DNA from: Thelocarpon superellum
Lineage: Eukaryota
Length of the DNA stretch: 44,615 nucleotides
Reading direction: 5' to 3'
Assembly (NCBI GenBank): GCA_026025795.1
Contig: JAPEUG010000108.1
Span: 1 to 44,615, forward strand
The notes under the pieces are model-generated. The model made no database searches. It worked only from the letters and a program-made list of their open reading frames with translations, and had not been told where the DNA came from. Below, piece by piece: positions 33,744-44,615 of this stretch (the first letter of the stretch is position 1; the number at the start of each line of letters is the position of its first letter). The position numbers were made by a program, and so were the translations under genes.

Positions 33744-34140
33744 TCCGGGACGAGGTGACCGGTGCTGTCACGAGAAGGTGGGGCGCTGAAGAAGCCCATC
33801 ATCATTCTGCGAGCCTTGCCCGCATTTCTGAGGATTCATCGCAGGAGCGTACAGAGTCTCTCACAGTGAAAAGGCATTGAAAGCAACTTGGGACACCTGC
33901 GTCGTATGCGGGAGAGCTCCCGAATTGCCAGGGTGCACGGACCACTGGGAGCTCTCTCCGCATCATGCGGCGGACCCCCGAACCTCACGGCCTTCTCTCC
34001 TTCCTCCACTCCACCTGGTCGTAGCTACTTGCAACATCCAATCAGGACGCCATTTCGTGACTGCGTGCAAGGAGGATCCAGTCGAGTCGCAATGGTACGT
34101 CATCGATGAACATCCAGAGCATTCGGAACAATCGGACGCC

Positions 34141-34604
34141 ATGGTGAGACACAGCACGAGTGCTGATCTGTGTGTTGCTCCCCACGCCAGAACGACGCCA
34201 ATCTCGCTTTCGTGTTCGGTGCGCTCAATGCCATCGGTGGCACCATCGGATACGTGCGCAAGGGCTCTGTCCCCTCGATCATCGCCGGTTGTTCAGTTGG
34301 GGCTGTTGTATGTGCTTTTCCTCCACTTCCGTCCTGTGCTTGCTCTACCTTGGTCCTGTGCCGTCGCAACGTCCCGTCTGTCTAACATCTTTCTTCGACA
34401 CAGTACGCCCTTGGAGGTTACCGCCTCCAGGTGGGCCAGCCGTACGGAAATGAGCTCGCTCTACTTGCGTCGGTGGTGCTGGCGGGGTCGAGCCTGCCGA
34501 AAGCGCTGAATACGGGGGCGCCCATCCCCACGGGACTGAGCGGATTGGCACTGGTGGGTTTATATGTCTACGGGAGTGCGTGGTGGAAGGCGAGGGGGCA
34601 ATGA
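34141..34604 (+). CDS. TMEM14-family small membrane protein, 3 exons
   Basis: M|NDANLAFVFGALNAIGGTIGYVRKGSVPSIIAGCSVGAV|YALGGYRL...YGNELALLASVVLAGSSLPKAL...; the GG-x-x-GY-x-x-x-GS-x-x-S-x-x-AG pattern fits TMEM14. Confidence 0.85.
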
Positions 34605-34735
34605 GTGGTTGAGGAAGAAGAGAGTGGATCTTTGAATGGTTCGGAGTCTGCACGCTTGATTCGTCGAATGACTGATATAGCCCGACATGATGAAAGTGTT
34701 TGGTAGATACACTCCCGATCTTGCCTTGCCCAGTA

Positions 34736-36628
34736 TCATCGGTCGAGCAGCACGTCATCGTCTTCGTCCATCGAAGCCTCGCTGTCGCCATCCGCTTCGT
34801 TGGGTAGTGGTCGAATGTCGTCGTCTTGCTCCTCGTTCAAGAGATCGCCAATCGACACACTATCACCCAAGATCTCTCGTGCACGTGGCGCGTCACATCT
34901 CATATCCTCCTGAATCAACATGACGGCAAGCTCGCGCACCAGCACTGCCTGCACATACCCAGACACTCCTCGAGATGCAATGATCTTGTCCGTCGCAGCA
35001 AGTCTTCGGATTTGCCTTGAGAATCGTGACATGACGCTCTCGAGCCTACCTCCGGATCAGCATTGACGCATCCGCACGCTATTTGGAGGTGGCCGTACAT
35101 GATTCTGGCCCCACGGGATCCATAATATCCTGGGGTTAGACCGTGAATATCGCCCGTTGTCATGCTCTGCTGCAGCGTGCGGTTCCTCCCGGACTTGATC
35201 GTTGCATCCAATGCCGCTCGATAGGTAGAGTGCTCCTTCCCCTGAAGCACGTCGTCGAGCCTCGAATAATACTTGGCGATCCGTGTCGGAAGTCTCTCCC
35301 AATTGATCTCGGGATATTTTCGCCGGTCCCACTCCGCCTGTGCCGATTTGACTTTATGCGCTCGGCAAAAGATGACCTGCTTCCGCACATTCATCCGCCG
35401 AGCTCCGTCGAGCTCCAGCCACAGCGCTGAATCCACAGTCTCTCGACACATGGGACACGCGTGTCCCTTCTTGGGGCTGTTGTCAAGAAAAGACGGCTCT
35501 GGAGAATCTGGCTTCGGAGAGGCCGGCGGCGAACTCAGCGACGACGTCTCAGACGAATGTGAAATGGCACCCTCGATCGCGACGCTCGGCGGAGTCAACG
35601 CTGGAGACAGGTCGTCGTCGCCCAGAATGTGCGAGATGTTCCGGGTCTGGAAATTCAGGACACTGTCGACAATCGCACCCACGTCTCTCTTTCCTTTGCC
35701 GTGCTCCAATCGCCCTTTGGCTAAGCCTCGTTTCGAACGCAACGCGCGGGATTCCAGCGCACCAGCTTGAGGAGCAGAAAGAGGTCAGTGAGGGGCGGTA
35801 GACCAGAGTCAGACGGACTTACCATCACTTGGGTCACGCGCAGTGGAACGGGTATTGGGGGGCATCTTGAACTTGGGCGCAGGATCCTGTTCCGCCGGAC
35901 TCGGAAGGCGGTACTTCTCACTTGGGATCTCAAACCTCTTCAAGGCGGACGATTGCTCCAACCGCCGTACTGTGCACCATCAGCGCTGTCCGGATCTCCG
36001 TGACGGGCATTCCGCACATTTCGATTCGACGTCATGTTTTTGTAGAGGATCTTCGAAATCTTTCATTGCTGAGTCTCCACCTTTAGCCTATACGCGGTCG
36101 CTGGAAGCGGCGGCGCAAACCTAGCTGATGCTCTTGCTTCGGCGGACCGATCTTGGTGGTTGAGGTTTTCCGGGCCTGGTCCGGTAACCGGACCTGACCG
36201 CTTCGGGCGTAGCCTTTCTGCTTCCTTTGCCGTTTTCTTCCTTGTGATGAGTTGATGAAGCCATATTCGTCCCGCAGATGATCTTCGGATGCGCTGCCCG
36301 ATAGCTGGGCTCGACATTTGCTGGCTGAGCTGGTGCGAGTTCTCCGGGCTGAATGATCAGGAAGTGAAGTATGATCGGAGCTTGATGGTGCTAATGAGCT
36401 GGACGGTGGGGGAAGGTGTGCGAGACCGGGTTCGTGGCTGCTGCGCAAAGTGGAGTCAAGTGGGCGGGGTGCCTCAGCATCATCACCAAATTCGTCGTCG
36501 GCAGAGCTTATAGGATCCTCATGAATGTCGGGCGAAGAGCGTCTATCGAGGCCAACAGAATTCCGTTCACTCGATGGCCGGTTACCGATCACATTGAGAA
36601 GATGCTTCTCCCTCGTGTCATAATACAT
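34736..36628 (-). CDS. RTC4: RTC4-like domain protein (restriction of telomere capping 4 family), about 5 exons; start codon uncertain
   Basis: CPMC...FCRAHK...W..RKYPEINWERL...PGYYGSRGARIM|LESVM...GVSGYVQAVLVRELAVMLIQEDM...AREILGDSVSIGDLLNEE. The low-complexity N-terminal exons join in frame through GT-AG introns. Confidence 0.8.
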
Positions 36629-37316
36629 CGCCCTTGGTCATGTTGCTGTGCTGCGGACATGATCACCTCATGGATTCAAATGTCGAGCATGGACTGAGAT
36701 GCGTTCCCAGACGCTTTTCGCGTCGCTTGGGCAGTGGGGGACGCGTCGGACCCACGCCGTCGGGTGACTATTTGCCGGGTGACCACTTGGCGAGTGCCAT
36801 CGCCACTGGCCGCACACTCGTACTCGTACTGTGGTACAGGTGCGAGTAAGTTGCGTTACATTACTTTGTACAGTTCACTGCCTGTTCCTGGCGGCAATGC
36901 TTGGTCACTGCCTCAGCGAGCAGGAACCAAACAATCTGAAGGACCGCAACGACGACCGGTCCAAGCTCACGCCAGCTGCACCAATCCTCTCCACCTCCTG
37001 GGCAATAGTTCTCTCCGCACACATTGGTCTCAGGTATCGGTACAGTCGTGGTCGATCTTCTACGGCACCAAGTGTCCCGACAGGGGCTCAGGAGGCTTTG
37101 CGCTGCTAGGAAACTACTTAGTCACCGCCGGCACGAAACTTGGGACGTCGGGGTTTACCGACGATCGACCGTGCGCAAGTTATGTACTCCGTATATTAGA
37201 TGGGTCGGACACGCCACCGTGGAACTCTAGTGCAGTGCGCTGTCGCCCATGGGCAGAGTGGCATGCCTGGATATTGATCAAGAGCGCGTGATATCTTGAC
37301 AGACCCGTTGTTCATC

Positions 37317-38933
37317 ATGGGTCATGACATGGTCCAGAGCCCTTCCCGGGGAGGTGAGATCTTCATGCCGTGGAAGTGACCGCGCCGGCCGCTGACGAGA
37401 CCCGCAAACAGAGCCTGACCTCTTGGCCTGGACCAATGTCCCAACATCGCTGCTCCAATCTGAATTGGCCCGTCGACAAGGCCAAGCGGAACGACCAGAG
37501 TGTGGATCGGGGTCTGACCGGGGATCCTACAACACCCCTTTGCACGTCTTTGCATTGTTCCTGATCCTCATTCTTAGCGTTTTGGGTGAGTCCTAGGATC
37601 ACGGTGGTACGTCTCGGACCATTGACATCGACTTTGTACAGCGTGTTCGTTTCCCATTATCGTCCGCCGCTTCCCCACCTTACCCGTTCCACATCACTTC
37701 CTCTTTCTCTCGCGACATTTTGGCACGGGTGTGCTCATCGCCACGGCCTTCGTCCATCTACTCCCCACCGCGTTCGTGTCGTTGACCGACCCATGTCTTC
37801 CGCCCTTCTGGAATCGGGGCTATCCTGCCATGGCTGGCCTGATTGCCATGACGTCCGTGCTCATCGTCGTGGGCATTGAGATGTTCTTTGCCACCAGAGG
37901 TGCGGGGCACATGCATGGCAGTGAATACGACACCTTAGGGCCCGAAGATGCAGAAGGCATGCCACTGTCGGCTCATCGGCTCCAGGGCCTTGGCAGTCCA
38001 GCCTTTCGGGGGAAAGACAACATGAGGCCGTTCCGTCAGTGGAAGATTGGGGACGGGCAAGGAGGGGCGCTCTCGCCGGGAATTACCTACGACGATGACG
38101 ACGACGACATCCCCCACACGGGCCGTACGCTGGCCCCGCCAACAGGCCCGGTCTTGCCCAATGGGCTTCCAAAGTTCACCGATGATGAGACAACCGAGTC
38201 CGATCTTGAATTCGACGAGATGAATATCGTCGCTGACGAAGCTGGTCTGCTCTCTGCGGAACAAGGAAGGACAAGAACTCAGTCTCGAAGGGACGACCCA
38301 CCACGGATTCAGCTCTCCAATGGGCTTGGGGAGGAATCGCCAGAGCGCCATGGGTCTCAAGCACATCTTTCCGAGATGCAGGAGCAGCGCAAGTTGTTAC
38401 TGCAATGCCTCCTCCTGGAAGCCGGCATCCTCTTCCACTCTGTCTTTATCGGCATGGCCCTCAGCGTGGCGACGGGCACGTCTTTCATCGTGCTGCTCGT
38501 TGCCATCAGCTTCCACCGTAATAGATGCTGTCGGTTCTCTCTCTCTCAATCGTTGACTGACTCGCTTGCAGAAACCTTTGAAGGCCTTGCCCTTGGTTCT
38601 CGCATCGCCGCCATTACCTCCTTGCCACCTACTTCACCCAAACCCTGGCTCATGGCCCTCGCTTATGGCACCACCACCCCATTGGGCCAGGCCATCGGAC
38701 TGCTCGTACACAAGTTGTACGATCCAGCGAGCCAGACTGGACTCCTCACGGTCGGAGTTATGAACGCCATCAGCAGCGGGTTGCTGCTCTTCGCAGGGCT
38801 GGTGGAACTCCTCGCGGAAGATTTCCTCAGTGACAAGAGCTACGAGATGCTTCGAGGCCGGCCACGTATTGAGGCGTGCGCTAGCGTCGTTGGTGGTGCA
38901 TTTTTGATGGCTTTGGTAGGGGCTTGGGCATAG
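37317..38933 (+). CDS. ZIP-family zinc/iron permease, 4 exons
   Basis: MGHDMVQSPSRG|EPDLLAWTNVPTSLLQSELARR...CGS...YNTPLHVFALFLIL...|CSFP...HFGTGVLIATAFVHLLP...LLEAGILFHSVFIGM...FH|QTFEGLALG...TTPLGQAIG. Confidence 0.93.
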
Positions 38934-39095
38934 ACCCCCTTGACAATCTCCATCTTTGGTATGTCTCTTATGTACCATATAGCGATCTGCATCAGCTGGA
39001 GTGGGAAGGCGCCCATATACATGCACATATACATCGATACGGACATGATCATTGTTCGCACATAGTTCCGCATGAAGAAGCAACATCAAACCTAT

Positions 39096-40065
39096 TCACA
39101 TCTCACCGCACATTGCAATGACTATATCCTGAGCAGGCTTCTCATTGACCGTGCGCGCATTCTCAATCTTCCGCACCACATCCATCCCATCCACCACCTG
39201 TCCGAACACCACATGCTTCTTATCCAAGAACGGCGTTGGACAGACCGTGATAAAGAACTGGCACCCGTTGCTATCTTTTCCAGAATTCTGTATCCGATCC
39301 GCGTAAGCAGCGATTACCATAGATATCCACCATACGGTGGCGATGCACGAGAAGTTGTTTCGGGGAAGGTCATCGTACCGCCATAGACAGCAACCCGGCG
39401 GCATCATGTCGTAGCTGAAAATTCTCATCGGCAAATGACCGCGTGCCATAGATGGTTGTGGAGCCCGTGCCATCTCCATGTAAGAAATCCCCACCCTGGA
39501 TCATGAAATCTTTGATCTAAGAAGGCGTCGTTAGGATCAGGCGGCGGCTGCGAATGTATATTCCTTGTGGACGCTCGGCATACCACTCGATGGAACTTGG
39601 AACCCTTGTAGCCTTGAGGCCGTCCCAGGTGGTTTTTCGTCTCGCCTGTGCAGAATTGTCGAAAGTTCTCGGCCGTCTTGGGTACAATGTCCGCAGCGAG
39701 AGACATCTTGATTCGCCCCAGCGGTTCACCTGTGATATCGAATCGTAACCCATGAGCGAGTGTGTCAGGCCCAACTAGCCGACGATGGTTCGCCTCGTTT
39801 CCTTCTTGCTACAATACGAAGAGAGATGTTAAGAGTGGAAGAAAGAATCGAGAAGGAATCAATTGAAAGAACCACGGGATAGGTATTAGAATAGATCTGG
39901 AAAGGGCAAAGGGAAAAAATGAAGTTGAATTTTGAACTTTGTGTTTGTTGAAGCAGCTTCAGTTCTTCTTTTTGCAGCAAAGCTACGAATCTTTCATCAC
40001 TTACCTCCCAGAGTGACGTCGAAAAAGACAGTCGGGTTAGTAGTGCTTGGACCTTCCATGGCCAT
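39096..40065 (-). CDS. PPIH: Cyclophilin H (U4/U6 snRNP-associated PPIase, PPIH-like), 4 exons
   Basis: [20 protein letters not shown]...[14 protein letters not shown]...[28 protein letters not shown]...[19 protein letters not shown]...[12 protein letters not shown]...[18 protein letters not shown] and the terminal CGEM are typical of CypH. Confidence 0.9.
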
Positions 40066-43000
40066 GACTTCGAGCTTCGAGACGGTGAATTTCTGTAGCG
40101 ACGGTTCGTTGCTGGATCCCAGACAGGCTCGAAATTGAGATACGGTAATCATCGTAAGAAGTGGAGGCGTTGGTGGATAGTATCACGAGATGATTAAATT
40201 TGTGTATACATATTGGGAAACTGGCCTTCTTGTACATACGACCATAGACTGTGGAGAACTGGGCATCCCGTCCGCTCTGCCATACATAAGCCACAGATCG
40301 GCGGACTAGTAGTTGGGTCGGTGACGACCAGCGAATCCCCGCTGTTGTATGTTTTTGCATATTGATCAACGGAGATCTAGTATCCAGGATCGATGAAGTT
40401 CTGCAACCAGTCGTTCCGACTAGACGCTAGTGACTACGAATAGCATTTTAGTATCTGTACAGCGTTTCCGTTGCGCTGATACGATGATTCAGTCCCGCGT
40501 GCTCTAAGTCTCGTGATAAGTCTCCTTCGGATTTTATCCGAGGAAGAGAATCGAGATGAACACGGATTCGAACATGTAAACGTAATTACTGGGCGAACAT
40601 GTGCGTCGCATTAGGTATTCCTTCCACCCGTGTCTATGAATCACCTAGGAAAATTGTCTCTGGGAGCGGCAACCGAGCGGCAGCCATAGATTTTGTGTCT
40701 ATTGCTGAGCGCGATGATGATGAGACCATGATCAACGGATTAGGATACACAGGGGACCAGTAGCAGAAAGCTCATGTCATGACGGTAATGACGGAATCGA
40801 AGCTGCAGGCTCGCTCATCGGTCGGCTGAGGCCAATCAGCAAGAGCAAATGCTAAAAAACACGGATGACAGGCATCGCGTTAGCTGCTTTGCCGTGTGTC
40901 GCTCGTCTATTGTACGAGCCCTTACGATAATGACGAGGCGCGGGAAACGAAGACGTCATCAACGCCTGCGTCTCTGCATGAAGATGGGAGTGTTCCGATA
41001 TAGCCTTTTATTGACCGTGAAATCTTTCATCCCTTCTGGCTTGTGCCACTAGATTCAGATGCAAGAGCTGAGAAGATGGCGTTTCGGACAGAGGGAGGTT
41101 CGCATGGACAAGGTGAGCCGCACCTGAAGATGGAACAACAAGTCCCAAGTCCCTTGTACTCCGTACCGTATCGCCGCCTGGAAGCTCCGAGCTGCACAAG
41201 CACAAGCACAGGGTCAAATACAATTCGGCACGCTCGTACTTCGTACTATGTGCATGCGCATAAAGTAGTACTTCTGCTCCATTCGAGTCGTACGCGCAAA
41301 CGTGATTCGCTTCAACGACTAGGGCTGACTATCTACCCCCTCGCTGACCGGCAGGTGAAGTCGGGTTACCCCACTACGAGTACGGAGTACTTCTGGTTTC
41401 CTTATCCGTACTCCTACAGCCATCAGGGCCGCCCTGACAGGCATTAAGCGCCACGAATGTGGTGCGAGAACATTGATCGCCGACGCTCGTCGAGTTGTCC
41501 GGACCAAAAGTCGTTATTCTGGGACTGAATCGAGACATCCTGAGAGTGCGCGTGGCCGAAGCGGATCGAGACCGACCTGTGAGGCATAGTGAGGCGAAGG
41601 TGCGGAACAAGTTCCGGCGGTGAGGGCTAATCATCGGCGGCGGTAATTCGCTATTTGGCTATCTTTTCCTCAGCCAACCAGACGAGTAGAAAGGTTGCCT
41701 TGGCCTCGGGCTGGCGAAGTCTGCCAGCGACTTGAACGATCACGCCGATCTAACCGATGGCGGCTGACCAGGTCATCCGCGAACACCCAATGATACTCCT
41801 TGCAGCCACCGAGCCGCGCCGACGGGCTATAACAGTGGCCCCTCCTGTTACATAGAAGCATGGTGGCTGGCACTGCGCAAGATTTTCGTCGCCGACCGAG
41901 GCTCGACACAAAGCATTAATTAGCTCCCTTGACATCTTACCTGGAACGAGCAGAAAAGTACGATCTGTCGCAGGCGAACATCTCATTCAAGGCAGTTGCG
42001 TACTCATCCAGTATGGTACGACGCATCTTGGCCCTGCCGTTCAGCTCTACAATCAGAACATGACAAAGCTGCACGCCCCTGTGGGCACATGCACGGTAAC
42101 AGGCTCGTTCTTGTCGGGCGCTGGGTCCTTGACATTGACCGTGTTGGGCCAAGACAGGGCACGGTCGGGCACAACAATCCAGCGCTCTCAGGCGTGCAGC
42201 TGGGCCGTGCGTGGGCATTCGGTCAAGAGTGGTGCGCATTATCGTCCAGCGTCATCTATGAGCGGCACTTGAGGGAGGTGGTGGATTCGCACGGGATCTG
42301 TGCGGCTTTTAGCCACCTAACCTTACCACTCATATGGTCCCCCTCCCTCTCGCGTGTGCGGAGAAGGGCCCCCAAACTACCAAGTTAGCTACCCTCTCAG
42401 TCCGGTGGCGGCAGACTCGTACTCGGACTCGTACTCGTGTCTGCTCTTACCTGCCGTAGTGGTGGCGCATCCGTTCGTTGGCGCTTGTCTCCACCGTTCC
42501 CGGTGCGCCCGGTGCGAGCTGTAGGACGAGTGGCAGACACCAAAGCGCACCGGCGTGACAGGCCAGAAGCGGCAGAGGTTCTCACTTGTGCACCACCGGC
42601 CTGGACCAAGACTGGGACCAGTACCAGGACCTTTTGACTAGTCAGCGGGCTTGCGGACTGGCGGACAGGCGGACAGGCGGACTTGCCTCCCACACGCTCC
42701 CGACACACCCGTGCCGTGCCTCCTCCTCTTATCTTCCCGCACGCTTCATCGACAGCCTCGTCGGCCCAGCAGTCCTGTGTTGGTCATGACGTTGTGTGAG
42801 GTCGACTCGTCCTTGGTCTAATCCTACGACCGGTCGATCGGAGGCTCTGGAGACTTGGTCGGGTTGGTCCAGCCTGGGTCCGTATCCACAACACACCAAG
42901 GGCACGAGCCTTGTGGACGTGCTCGCCTCCACTCTGCCGCAGCGTTCTTTTTCTCTGCAAGATCATCGATCGTGGCATCGGCGGAGAATCCTGGGTGGTA

Positions 43001-43164
43001 GCATCCCTTGACCCTGCCACTCATCCGCCTCGGTCGCCTGCTCACGAGCCGTGCTCGTCGACCACGGAAGTCTGCCACCGACGTGAACGAGGTTCTCCCG
43101 CCACCCGCTTCCCTTCGATAGAGCATCATCGACTACGACTTGTACATCAATTCGCTCGTGGCGG

Positions 43165-44615
43165 ATGACGCCGACGATGGCTCTTCTACACTGGCTCATG
43201 CTGGCACTGGCCGGACTGAGTCTGGCCGAATTTGCCCCTCGAAATGTTGGTGATGGCGGCGAGACGTCGACTGCGCACACCCCCTCACCAACCGCTGTAC
43301 AATCACCGTCTTCAACCGCGGCATCACCCCCCTCCGCGACCAGCACCGCTGGCTCCGGCGGATATGGTGGACCGACCAGTTCGCCGTTGCTGTTCTTCGT
43401 CGCTTTGGGTTTCGGGGTCGTCTTCACCAACCTCTGGTATGTTGGGATGCGATGACTTTCGATCCAGCAAGATCATCTACTGACGGTGGGACTCACAGGA
43501 TCATTGTGGGAGTCAAGTATTGTTTCCGGTACAATCAACGACACCGGCAAGCACGAGCCGATGAGGGCGGGGAGCCGATCGATCTGGCGGCCATGCGACG
43601 ACCCCCACGGCGGCGACGAGAGAAGAAGCTCATGTCAATGGAGGAAGTCAATAATCGCTTTCCTCTAATCAAATACAAGACGTGGAGAGCGGGCCGGGAG
43701 AGTGCCGGCTTGCCCAGTGCCGGGGGCGTCACGTCCTCTCCTAGCCGCGCAGCCAGCATCAAGGACGCCGAAGGCATCAGCGGCGCGGGGGACACCAGCA
43801 AGTCGATTGAGGTGCCTCGTCCCGGGACGGCAGCGTCGAATCGATCGCATCGCCGTAGTAGCCATCTGGAGATCACTCGACTGGACGAGCTCACCATGGC
43901 CGATCTGGATCTGGGCCATAGCGAGAATGAAAAGTCTGACGTCAAAGACGTCGAGACGACGACGGCTCAAATGTCGACTATCGTCGAGACCAAGACGAAC
44001 ACCAGCACGCTACCAGAGACGCCGACGCACGCCGCCCTCATGGAGGAGGAAGAGGAAGAAGAAGACGATCATATTCACACGGCGGTGCCACCGGAGATGC
44101 TCACGAATCCCGGCGATTCGTGCGCCATCTGTCTGGACAATCTGGATGATGAAGACGATGTGCGAGGCTTGACCTGCGGCCATGCCTTCCACGCGAGTTG
44201 TCTTGATCCGTGGCTGACAAGTCGACGGGCATGCTGCCCTCTCTGCAAGGCCGATTACTATGTGCCCAAACCTCGGCCAGAAGGAGAGGTCGCCCACGAG
44301 TCGGAACGGGCGTCGCGTCATCGAAGCCACGGTACGAACCGCCACCGGGCCGCCTTACCCGCGGTGCCACAGTCGGCGTGGTCGGGACGTCGTGGGAATG
44401 GCTTCACATCGCGCCTGGGTCTCCCCAACCGCTTTGTGTCCCCGCCAGATCATGAACGATACGGGTTTCCTGCGCTCAGCCGGGAACGGCGACGACCGCG
44501 GACCGACGCGAATGCAACGATCCACCAAGTAGTCGATCCCCGTGTTCCGGTCGAAGGCGATGAAGCTCCGCCGCCGTGGTTCAGATCCCGGCTTCCCACG
44601 GGCTTGTTTCGAAAT
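43165..44615 (+). CDS. Membrane-anchored RING-H2 E3 ubiquitin ligase, 3' end outside the window
   Basis: Signal-like N-terminus, S/T-rich stretch, SSPLLFFVALGFGVVFTNLW|IIVGVKYCFRYNQR, RRRREKKLMSMEEVNNRFP, and CAICLDNLDDEDDVRGLTCGHAFHASCLDPWLTSRRACCPLCK. Alternative ATG at 43177. Confidence 0.9.

Noticed and set aside
39958..40000. Box C (GTGATGA) and box D (CTGA) pair at the start of the PPIH intron as a snoRNA
   Set aside because: Box C overlaps the splice donor, and the C-D span of about 40 nt is too short.
40561..40575. GTTCGAATCC (Pol III B-box/T-loop-like) on the minus strand as a tRNA
   Set aside because: The flanks do not form a T-stem or cloverleaf, and no A-box was found.
40713..40830. 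ATGATGA...CTGA as a C/D snoRNA
   Set aside because: Box C lies in a GAT repeat, there is no good terminal stem, and I could not see an rRNA-complementary guide of 10 nt or more; a snoscan search would be needed.
1..44615. The many long antisense or overlapping ORFs in the ORF track (e.g. 3844..4650+, 10304..11251-, 21045..21785-, 24435..25187-, 29607..30503-)
   Set aside because: They shadow real genes in GC-rich DNA where stops are rare, and carry no recognisable motifs.

Overview
Gene-dense, GC-rich, intron-containing DNA from a filamentous ascomycete (Pezizomycotina-type splice signals and proteins). Splicing by hand gave 18 recognisable genes: partial VTA1, TVP23, OST2/DAD1, HAP3/hapC, GIM4/PFD2, CMC2, an Msb1/Mug8-type morphogenesis gene, RLM1/rlmA, a DHA2-type MFS pump, PEF1, a ChaC-like gene, a glycine-rich RRM protein, a secreted PLC-like phosphodiesterase, a citrate lyase beta-like gene, TMEM14, RTC4, a ZIP transporter and cyclophilin H. 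A membrane RING-H2 ligase gene runs off the right edge. There is also one apparent orphan 4-exon gene with a 27-bp/9-aa tandem repeat. I found no tRNA, rRNA, CRISPR array, transposon or biosynthetic gene cluster, and no clear new multi-gene system. The most interesting signals are the orphan gene and regulatory or splicing features: a 5-nt microexon, a candidate poison splice site in the cyclophilin H gene, a long hapC intron with two open frames plus an upstream CCAAT cluster, an Rlm1 box between the divergent msb1-like and rlmA genes, and a GC-AG intron. All gene models come from manual reading without alignments or RNA-seq, so boundaries may be off by a few bases.
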